Shown here: piece after piece, positions 56,412 through 64,000 of the stretch
Position numbering within the stretch: the stretch's first letter is position 1
How the letters are laid out: each line of letters starts with the position of its first letter
Virus record (IMG/VR): IMGVR_UViG_2595698952_000001
Coordinates: 128,001 to 192,000 of that record
DNA from: a virus
Taxonomy: Duplodnaviria; Caudoviricetes
DNA length: 64,000 nucleotides
Direction: 5' to 3' (one strand)
Notes under the pieces: generated by a model
The model's input: the letters and a program-made list of their open reading frames with translations, nothing else
Databases searched by the model: none
Told to the model about the DNA's origin: nothing
Program-made: the position numbers and the translations under genes

Positions 56412-58013
56412 GTGGAAAAGGCACCGAAGTATTACGGCGTATCAGGCCGATTGATTAACCATGACGGGTATTTGCGTGACCTCTATATCGAGGCAGCTGC
56501 AAAAGGCATTAAACCGCCAACCGTTATCAACGACGTTGCCAAGAACGGAGATGCAATTGAAACAGCCGAGCTTATCGATCAGATAATTCAGAACCGAATC
56601 GTCGACGAAGAACTGAACTCGGCACCCATCTGTAGTCTGACCTGCGAGAAACCGATTGCACACCGACCGAATCTGGGTCGTAAGTGTCCAACCTGTGGTT
56701 ACGTGGTAACAGAGCACCGTATCGAATCTGAAGTCTGGGTTCGTGCACCGGATGAGATGGGTAATTTTATCAACCCGCGTTTCTGGGGTTTATTTAATGC
56801 CTTCTTTGGCAGCAAGTTCAAGAAGTTTGACCGCAACAAAGTGACCGTTGAGCGTGGTTCGGATTTGATGATGTGGATTATCGATCCCTATTATCGTCCG
56901 GATGAAGCCGATGGTAAACGTGCGCACGTAGTGAAACGTATCTTAGAGGAACACCGCTTTGAACGTGGACTGCGGAACTTCATCGACCACCACAAAACAA
57001 TCTTCGCCATCCTGACCAGCAGCGATGCCTGGCGGGAAATCTATCCACCCACGCGTCACAATGCAGCAGCCTCTGAGTTGTTACGTTCTCAATGGCAGCA
57101 CTTCTTTGAGACACAGGCGCACGCGTTCTTCCCAACGCACCTTCCGCTGTTATCACCAAAGCTGATTGTGACGGAAGAAGGACGTCGCGGTGTGATGATA
57201 GATCCGGTCTTTACCGGGGCAATTGATGCGGTGAAAAATATCGCATTGTTGTATACTCGCAGTAAACCGATTGAGTCCCGCTTCCTAATCAGTCGCGCAA
57301 TCAAGGCCAATCGGCAGTTGGCGTACTTCTATATCGATTACCGTCGTGAAACGATGGAAGGTAAGCCTGGACACTATCGCGCGAAAATAGGGTCAACCTA
57401 TATTCCGTTTGGTGGCCGTGCAACCATTTCACCGATCTCGGAACCGCACGATGCCTGGAAGCTAAAAGCTCCGTGGCGTTGGGCAGTGGGTCTGATGTCT
57501 GTGGATATCGAGAACAAGTTGCTACGCCGGGGGTACAGTCCTCGCCAGTGCGAACGCATCGTCGCGAAAGCGTGTATGCAGTATATGCCACTGGTGCACG
57601 AAATCTTCAAAGAGCTGATAGCGGAAACGCCTGGTGGTTTGGGGATTATGGTAGAGCCACTGCGTAACCCAACGTTGGTACAGTTGTCCGTACAGACGTT
57701 GTACATCGATGAGATTGTCACCGATGTGAACCAGTGTTCTCTGCGCATCTCTGACCGTGTGATTAAGATGGCGAACGGTGACTTCGATGGCGACCAATTC
57801 CAGGTACGTCGTCCAGTTGACCAGCGTGAAATGGAGCTGGCCTTGGCATACCGTCCGGATAACGGCTTTATGTCCAGCACCGATGTAGACCGTGTCGAAC
57901 ATGGCATGATTTTACATAACGAGCTTATCAGTATGCAGAACCAGTTCCTCATTGAGGCAGATGAGGATGCAGAGATGGGACTGTCGATAGAAGAGATACT
58001 TGCACAGGAGTAA
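56412..58013 (+). CDS. non-virion RNA polymerase beta' N-terminal subunit (phiKZ gp55-like)
   Basis: Zn-finger C..C / CPTC, GRATISP, RNPTL and catalytic NGDFDGD. Confidence 0.9.
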   Translation: MEKAPKYYGVSGRLINHDGYLRDLYIEAAAKGIKPPTVINDVAKNGDAIETAELIDQIIQNRIVDEELNSAPICSLTCEKPIAHRPNLGRKCPTCGYVVTEHRIESEVWVRAPDEMGNFINPRFWGLFNAFFGSKFKKFDRNKVTVERGSDLMMWIIDPYYRPDEADGKRAHVVKRILEEHRFERGLRNFIDHHKTIFAILTSSDAWREIYPPTRHNAAASELLRSQWQHFFETQAHAFFPTHLPLLSPKLIVTEEGRRGVMIDPVFTGAIDAVKNIALLYTRSKPIESRFLISRAIKANRQLAYFYIDYRRETMEGKPGHYRAKIGSTYIPFGGRATISPISEPHDAWKLKAPWRWAVGLMSVDIENKLLRRGYSPRQCERIVAKACMQYMPLVHEIFKELIAETPGGLGIMVEPLRNPTLVQLSVQTLYIDEIVTDVNQCSLRISDRVIKMANGDFDGDQFQVRRPVDQREMELALAYRPDNGFMSSTDVDRVEHGMILHNELISMQNQFLIEADEDAEMGLSIEEILAQE

Positions 58014-58016
58014 TGA

Positions 58017-58607
58017 ATGGCAGGCATGTGGTTGCAAGGTAGTACCGTCTGGGGCAGACAGTCGGAAGGTTCCGGAATGTTTGATACATTCAAAGAGAAT
58101 TTCTCTCTTGATGGAATCGCGGCGGATATGCTCGACAGCGTGAAGAAACACACCACGGAGTTAATCTCCCTGGAGCGCTGGCGCGAGACGTTTACTGCTG
58201 CCCGTAAGTTGCGTTATAACGACGTGACAGACGTGGTACGTCAGCTTGATGAGCTGGGCGACTTCCAGTTCGCTAATGAAGCGTTGCAGCCTTTCCTCGT
58301 CGCTATGCCTGAGTATCGTAAGCTGTATAACGAGAAGATGGCCACTGGTTATGAGAACGGGTATTCACAAATCGATGCGTTCCGCGGTAATGCATACATG
58401 CACACCGACGACAACTATCGTGAAGTGACCTCCGGTATGAGTACAGGATACGATGACGAGAAGATTTGGATTTGGGCGTCCAATGAAAATCGTGCAAACC
58501 GTCTGTCCAGTATTCAGAAGGTGGAAATGCAAATCAACTGGACACGTATGCGTGACTTCGACTGGGAAGATGGTGATCCCTGTTCGGAACTCGGCGCTAC
58601 GTGCTAA
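58017..58607 (+). CDS. conserved hypothetical protein (chimallivirus core region)
   Basis: 196 aa following nvRNAP beta'; ends DPCSE. Confidence 0.65.
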   Translation: MAGMWLQGSTVWGRQSEGSGMFDTFKENFSLDGIAADMLDSVKKHTTELISLERWRETFTAARKLRYNDVTDVVRQLDELGDFQFANEALQPFLVAMPEYRKLYNEKMATGYENGYSQIDAFRGNAYMHTDDNYREVTSGMSTGYDDEKIWIWASNENRANRLSSIQKVEMQINWTRMRDFDWEDGDPCSELGATC

Positions 58608-58609
58608 GA

Positions 58610-58640
58610 AAGAAGGGGCTTCGGCCTCTTCTTTTTTTCT
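58610..58640 (+). terminator. intrinsic terminator
   Basis: AAGAAGGGGC-TTCG-GCCTCTTCTT + T-tract. Confidence 0.7.
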
Positions 58641-58654
58641 AAGAGGAAAAGAAG

Positions 58655-59041
58655 ATGCCGATAGCAGTAGGAACTCTGTCAACCCGTGGGTGGGCGAGAA
58701 CCGCGAAAGAGCAGATTCGTGAACTGATGAATCATTACACTGAGGCAGGCTTTAGCCAGTCGCAGATTTATCAGGGTAACGTAAAATCGCTGGCGAAAGC
58801 CATGCAGGTCTTCTCGCAAGATCCCGATGGGTTGGCGAACCGTGTCAAATCCGATCTCGAAAGCTTGTACGGGAATGTGTTCCCCGAAGGCGTTGAGGTC
58901 ACCACGTCCTGGGAGTATGCTCAGGATTCCGACGTTCGTTACCGCATTAACATTTCACTGCGGGTAATGAAGAACGGTGAGTGGATTGATACGGAGCGTT
59001 ATGTGGAAACAGAATCAAGCACGGTTGAGGATGAGTCATGA
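58655..59041 (+). CDS. conserved hypothetical protein, possibly virion (gp25-like size)
   Basis: GAGG RBS; 128 aa; VGTLSTRGW. Confidence 0.55.
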   Translation: MPIAVGTLSTRGWARTAKEQIRELMNHYTEAGFSQSQIYQGNVKSLAKAMQVFSQDPDGLANRVKSDLESLYGNVFPEGVEVTTSWEYAQDSDVRYRINISLRVMKNGEWIDTERYVETESSTVEDES

Positions 59042-59730
59042 GTCAGCAAATTTTTAATGGTGTCCCGGTAGACGAACTCCACGGTAAGATGAAGTTTGAG
59101 TTCGATAAACTGTGCGACTTCGAAAAAGAATTGCTCGGTGGGCAATATGTGTGCAGTACCTTTACCGAAGCGATGTTTCGCCGACAGGGTCTGCCACTGC
59201 TGAGCGGGATGTTGGACAACACGTTTAACGAAGTGGCTTGGGAGAACTACGTCGGGAACGCCTTTGTGCCCCTCCAGATTGTATCCGATCTCGACCACTC
59301 GCAGCTGCTGTTTACCATTCCCCCGCTGATGAACACTGGTCGCTCGTTGCAACACATCGAGGGACAGGTGAGCCTGACCGAAGAGACAGAGAACATCCGT
59401 TTACAGGCGGATATCATCTCCGAAGTTGGTGAGCAGCAAATGCACCAGATGATTGACTCGACGCTCTCGGGCATTGAGCAACTGTCATATCTGGAAAATG
59501 CGGTTGCCGCGAAATACAAAATCGACTTACTTAACTGGATATTCCGTCGCTACCAGCTTAATGGGCAATTGGAATACCCGGATGGTTTGTTAGATGTTGT
59601 GGCATTTGCCGAAGGGAAGGGGGTTGCAGCGCCGAGCACCAAGGCTGCTGTTGCCGCACAACCTACGGCACAACCCGAAGTCAAACAAGTTAAGTCGGGC
59701 GGTATCGGCGATGGTGATGACGATTACTAA
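59038..59730 (+). CDS. conserved hypothetical protein
   Basis: GAGG RBS; LLFTIPPL motif; 230 aa. Confidence 0.65.
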   Translation: MSQQIFNGVPVDELHGKMKFEFDKLCDFEKELLGGQYVCSTFTEAMFRRQGLPLLSGMLDNTFNEVAWENYVGNAFVPLQIVSDLDHSQLLFTIPPLMNTGRSLQHIEGQVSLTEETENIRLQADIISEVGEQQMHQMIDSTLSGIEQLSYLENAVAAKYKIDLLNWIFRRYQLNGQLEYPDGLLDVVAFAEGKGVAAPSTKAAVAAQPTAQPEVKQVKSGGIGDGDDDY

Positions 59731-60862
59731 TCCACCTCACAAACCTGTGGGTGTGAAAAGAATCTTCAGTACCGGGGATGTGCACCTGCTGCATAAGCGG
59801 GTGCCAACCTGGCACATTGTCATGGTGTTTAAAGAAGCACTGTTGGCATGTGGAAATACGATTGATGCCCTTTATATAGCCGGGGACTTATTTGATGATT
59901 CCCGGCAGTTGCGCCAAGAGGATTCTCACGAAGCCGTGGGATTTCTGACCTGGTTGCTCAACTGGGCAAAAGAGACAAATACGGCTATCCGTATTGTTGA
60001 AGGTACACCGTCCCACGATCACAATCAATCGAAGATCGTCGAGTCACTCAATGCAACCATTGGTGCCGATTGTCTGTATCTCGAGAAGATTGGTGTCTTT
60101 TACGATGGTGCACTGGAGGCACATGTCGGTTGGGTGCAGGATGAGTACAAGGCCATTGGCGCACCTGAAATTAATGCCAAATCCACCGAGGCGGAAATGG
60201 CAGAGTTGATGGCAACGCGCGGTTTGGAGAAAGTTGATTTCTTCTTCATGCACGGCTGTTTCCAGTTCCAACTCCCGATAGAGTCCCCCCGTTCGTTTAA
60301 CGAGGAGTTTTGGGAATCGAGAGTCAATCATTTGATTATCATTCACCACGACCACAGAAACAAACGTAAGGGTAAGATTCGTGTCACCGGCAGCCCTGAG
60401 AGGCTGGCACAAGGTGAAGAGGAAGACAAGGGTTTCGCCATTGTCGATTTCACCCCAGAGATTGCACGAGATTATTTCTTGGTCAATCCCCGCGCATGTC
60501 CGCAGCGCAAAGTACGGGCACAGGAAGACTATGAAGCGCAATACGCCGAATGTCTCTCTGCTTTATCGTATATCGATTCCCATCCGTCCGCTAGTATCGG
60601 TCGGTTCGAAGTCGAGTATTACCCCGGCTCTCCACTGGCCGAGCATGTGAATCAGTGGAAAAAAGAATATTCGTTCCACGTATCTGGGGAGCGAGTACGA
60701 ACCTCCGAAGAGGAGGAGTTGTTGGTACAAGGCTTCTCTATCGATGCACCTGTCGATGAGATTATTACGCAAGACAACGTCGAGCGTATCATGTTGGAAG
60801 AGTTGGCACCGTTTAAATACGATGCTGCTATTGTCACCAGCATTATCAGGAGCGTTGCATGA
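59711..60862 (+). CDS. sbcD: SbcD/Mre11-like metallophosphoesterase nuclease
   Basis: GDVHL, AGDLFD, GTPSHD, MHG, HHDH, GSPER motifs. Confidence 0.8.
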   Translation: MVMTITNPPHKPVGVKRIFSTGDVHLLHKRVPTWHIVMVFKEALLACGNTIDALYIAGDLFDDSRQLRQEDSHEAVGFLTWLLNWAKETNTAIRIVEGTPSHDHNQSKIVESLNATIGADCLYLEKIGVFYDGALEAHVGWVQDEYKAIGAPEINAKSTEAEMAELMATRGLEKVDFFFMHGCFQFQLPIESPRSFNEEFWESRVNHLIIIHHDHRNKRKGKIRVTGSPERLAQGEEEDKGFAIVDFTPEIARDYFLVNPRACPQRKVRAQEDYEAQYAECLSALSYIDSHPSASIGRFEVEYYPGSPLAEHVNQWKKEYSFHVSGERVRTSEEEELLVQGFSIDAPVDEIITQDNVERIMLEELAPFKYDAAIVTSIIRSVA

Positions 60863-61695
60863 CCCCTATTAGCGTTGACCGCAAATTTGGGTTTTATCAG
60901 ATGTCCATCGCCAGTTCGCTGGCGTTTGAAGGGCTACTCCACACCGGCGAACATGCCGACTGGAAAGGCGAACTGCCAATCCATGACTATCAGGAAATTT
61001 TCCTGAATCTCCGGACCTTGTTCCGTAACGCATTCTACGCGTTTGAAGAGAATCGTGAACGTTTAACAGCTGACGTCTTACTGACATCGATTGAAGAAGA
61101 TATTACAAATATCATGGCTACCGCTCAGGCGGTAGCCCCTTCGGTGTTATGTGTGCCGTATCTGTGCACGTATAAAAGTGCAAACAAAACGTTCCCGGAA
61201 GCTTCATTTCGTTCGATTGCCAGCGGGGAAAACAAGATGACGCCGACCATGCTCCACTATAATGCACTGGAGCATGACGCGCTGAAATTGTTCGATGAGA
61301 AGTGGCCCGAAGCGTACCGTAAGTTCGATGTGTTCCCAGACGGTAAGCACGACACCCTGATGTTAACCCATCTGCCAGCAGACTTGTTGGCACGTACTGA
61401 TTTTCCGAAGTTAGGCTTGTTAGAGTCCCACACGGGGAAGGTGAAGACCCAACTCGAATGGTACACCAAGCTGAACAATAAACCTGAACAGATCCCGTTC
61501 AACAAAGCGTTCTTAACAATCTTTGGTGATGCGTATATGTTCGCCCCGTTAGACCGTAAAGTCCGTACCGTGTTACTGAAGACAGCGGAGAAATACCACT
61601 GGCGTCAGGACACAACCATGGATCGTATCTACAGTTGTTTGCGCCTGGTGAACGAACCCCATGTGATGGAATTCTTACGTCGCTGCTCCCGCTAA
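60859..61695 (+). CDS. conserved hypothetical protein
   Basis: AGGAG RBS; FLNLRTLFRN and LLESHTG motifs; 278 aa. Confidence 0.65.
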   Translation: MTPISVDRKFGFYQMSIASSLAFEGLLHTGEHADWKGELPIHDYQEIFLNLRTLFRNAFYAFEENRERLTADVLLTSIEEDITNIMATAQAVAPSVLCVPYLCTYKSANKTFPEASFRSIASGENKMTPTMLHYNALEHDALKLFDEKWPEAYRKFDVFPDGKHDTLMLTHLPADLLARTDFPKLGLLESHTGKVKTQLEWYTKLNNKPEQIPFNKAFLTIFGDAYMFAPLDRKVRTVLLKTAEKYHWRQDTTMDRIYSCLRLVNEPHVMEFLRRCSR

Positions 61696-61759
61696 AAATT
61701 TACGCATTAGGGTTATCCTGTGGGAACCCAAACATGCTTTACCGAAGGAATTAATTTAA

Positions 61760-62434
61760 ATGGTCAATCAAAATATTTTCAAAGAGAAATGGCTTTATCC
61801 GCAGACTGAACCGGATCAGCAAAACCGTACCCGTAAGTTGGGTATTGAGCCGAATGATTTTAACGGTGATGTCGAAGGCATGAAGTTCAACTATTCCTTC
61901 GCTAAAGGTGAAGGTCTGTACTTCTCTGCCCCCTTGACCGTTTGCCGTGACATCGTTGATACGCTGATCGCCACTCTGTCTAAACCAGAAAAATCGGTGA
62001 TTAAGTTTACCAACGAAAACGGCAACAAACCGCCGGTCAGTATTCACGTTGGTCGTGATGAAAACCTGGTACCGTTCATGGCAATCTCTGGTGAAATCCA
62101 GGGCGCAGGCGCGCGCCAGAAGAAGTTCTACTTCTCTTATCCGAAAGGCTTCCGTGTATTCCGTAACGGTGAGCAGGTAAGCGATCTCGAATTGGCCGAA
62201 CGTGCATGTCGTGCGTTTACCAAAAACTTCGACCTGTTCGTGCGTGACCTGGAAGAGAAGTACAAGCCGCGTGAGTTTAACAACACAGGCGGTGGTAACT
62301 TCGGTCGTGGCGGTTATAATGGCGGTGGCGGTAATGGTGGCGGAAACCGTGGTGGTAATAACGGTGGCGGTTATCAGCAGCAGCAGCAGTCTCAACCTCC
62401 GGCAACGGATTCCAGCTACGACGATTTCGTATAA
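61760..62434 (+). CDS. ChmC-like nucleic-acid-binding protein (phiKZ gp67 position)
   Basis: Folded N-terminal domain + G/N/R/Q-rich disordered tail ending YDDFV; immediately upstream of the gp68-like gene. Confidence 0.6.
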   Translation: MVNQNIFKEKWLYPQTEPDQQNRTRKLGIEPNDFNGDVEGMKFNYSFAKGEGLYFSAPLTVCRDIVDTLIATLSKPEKSVIKFTNENGNKPPVSIHVGRDENLVPFMAISGEIQGAGARQKKFYFSYPKGFRVFRNGEQVSDLELAERACRAFTKNFDLFVRDLEEKYKPREFNNTGGGNFGRGGYNGGGGNGGGNRGGNNGGGYQQQQQSQPPATDSSYDDFV

Positions 62435-62518
62435 TTAATAAAGCGCAAAGCCCGAGGGAAATCCCTCGGGCTACAAAGCTGCTATGTGTACAAGAGTGCA
62501 GTGAAAGAGAACTGAGAT

Positions 62519-62534
62519 AGATATTATCTTGGTG
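62519..62534 (+). promoter_or_regulatory. putative early promoter AGATATTATC..TG
   Basis: Repeated motif downstream of hairpin 62449-62472. Confidence 0.5.
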
Positions 62535-62563
62535 CAATCGACTATTCGCGGAGCTTTACCATA

Positions 62564-64000
62564 ATGAAAATTGAGAAAAATCGTGACCGCCTGGTCATCC
62601 GTCTGGATGATAAAGAGGTGGGGTTTAACGGTTTCCGTGGCACTCGTAAGGACTCTAACGTTCCTGATGTCTACGATGCCAAAGGAGCAGTGATTCCCCG
62701 TGACCGGATTATGTTCATGGAAATCGAACGTTATTGGATGACGTTGAGTGCTGACGAGAAAGCAGACCTGTTCGGGGCGTATGCTGAGCTGGAGCTGTTG
62801 GCCAACGAGCCACCGGAAGTGGTACGTAATCATACCCCTCGCTTGGTGGAAAAGATTTCTCGTTATCATCGTGCTGATCGCTTTAAGCAACTGTACCCAC
62901 TCAGTTCTGTCTGGATTCCGGAAAACATGTCAGGGACTCATGATGACATGTCGACCAATTATCCGGAGGCGATGACGTATATCGTCTCGGACTATTACGA
63001 GCTGATTATCTTAGCGATGATGATTAAGCCGTTCATTCCGGTGTTCCTGAGCCTCGGGGCTTTCCCGACCAGTAAAGGCGCAGCGGTGGAGATGAAACGC
63101 AAGAACGTCTATAACCTGACGTACTGCATGGAACTCCTTAGCGATACCGACATCATGAAGTTGCCTGCGATTCCAAAGCTGCGTGGCTTCCTGGATAGCG
63201 TGCTGGAGAAAGTCCAACGTGACCAATCCAACAAAGGCATGATGTCAACCAGCTTGTCTGTGCTGGCCACCGTCAGTGGTTACGGTACGGACATGATGGA
63301 AGAGTACGTGATGGCGTTCGCTATCATTCGTTTACTGTCGATGCGTCTGATTGGGGCGGAACTGCCGAAAGGTACGATGGTAGAGAATAACATGGTGGCG
63401 GGCTTGTTCTTTAACGTGAAGCAGGAGATTGAGACGGGGTTTGCTGGTAAGATCTCGAATCAGAACGTGCTGTTAAAGCAACATCCTGAGAACGTGGTGT
63501 TCAACGGGGAACGCGGCAAGATTAACTCAACGGACTTGATTCAAGCCCGTACCGCAGCACCGATTAAAGAGTACGTGCGTACTGAGGTCTTCTTTAAAGA
63601 TTACCGCAAAGCGCTCAAGTGCCTGGACATCGCAGTTCCTCCGGCAGATGTGAAGACGCTGATTGATTCTGTTCAGCTGAATCACACCTCGCCGTTCTAC
63701 GAGATGCACGAGTGGCTGATGGCTGCGGCATTGCATCGGTTTGCCGATAGGCGCACCTATAAAGACATTGACGCCGAGGCGTTCATGTGCGGTATGGGGT
63801 TAGCACAAGCGGTGTACCTGAACTACGGAATGCCTGAAATCGCACAGCTGCTTAGTTGTGAAATGATTCAGTCTGACCTCAGTACCGGGTATCCGATTGA
63901 ACCTATCGACAATGAAATCAAAATAAAGACGGATAGATATTATCCTCAAGCATACCGTGGACAACGCAATACCAGCGAGTCCTCAACTTTACGTGATTCT
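62564..64000 (+). CDS. non-virion RNAP promoter-specificity subunit (phiKZ gp68-like), runs off the right edge
   Basis: Not in the ORF track because it is truncated; GGAG RBS + ATG 62564; TYIVSDYYELIILAMMIKPFIP resembles the gp68 motif; synteny. Confidence 0.65.
   Translation, partial: MKIEKNRDRLVIRLDDKEVGFNGFRGTRKDSNVPDVYDAKGAVIPRDRIMFMEIERYWMTLSADEKADLFGAYAELELLANEPPEVVRNHTPRLVEKISRYHRADRFKQLYPLSSVWIPENMSGTHDDMSTNYPEAMTYIVSDYYELIILAMMIKPFIPVFLSLGAFPTSKGAAVEMKRKNVYNLTYCMELLSDTDIMKLPAIPKLRGFLDSVLEKVQRDQSNKGMMSTSLSVLATVSGYGTDMMEEYVMAFAIIRLLSMRLIGAELPKGTMVENNMVAGLFFNVKQEIETGFAGKISNQNVLLKQHPENVVFNGERGKINSTDLIQARTAAPIKEYVRTEVFFKDYRKALKCLDIAVPPADVKTLIDSVQLNHTSPFYEMHEWLMAAALHRFADRRTYKDIDAEAFMCGMGLAQAVYLNYGMPEIAQLLSCEMIQSDLSTGYPIEPIDNEIKIKTDRYYPQAYRGQRNTSESSTLRDS

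Noticed and set aside
62748-63736. Short ORFs at the window end
   Set aside because: They overlap the long + strand gp68-like frame starting at 62564

Overview
This is 64 kb of a nucleus-forming jumbo phage genome (Chimalliviridae / phiKZ-related). Gene order resembles SPN3US/Asesino-type enterobacterial phages; that assignment is from recalled synteny, not a database search. Left part (1-34 kb) is a virion module: baseplate protein, 2382-aa tape measure with a lytic transglycosylase domain, split virion RNA polymerase subunits, prohead protease, tail tube and sheath, baseplate proteins and large terminase. Right part (45-64 kb) is a replication/nucleus module: family-B-like DNA polymerase, chimallin, non-virion RNAP beta'-N, SbcD-like nuclease, ChmC-like protein and a gp68-like RNAP subunit. 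No PhuZ tubulin is visible. The most unusual part is a ~6 kb RNA-rich island (36.7-42.85 kb). It holds an AT-rich palindromic origin-like element, hairpin-dense non-coding tracts, 11 canonical tRNAs, four tRNA-like mimics, a ~525-nt extensively base-paired two-domain RNA (ROOL/GOLLD-like in size and context), a triple stem-loop array, an HslV-like Ntn peptidase and a TAXI-type solute-binding protein. All RNA structures were paired by eye and need computational confirmation.
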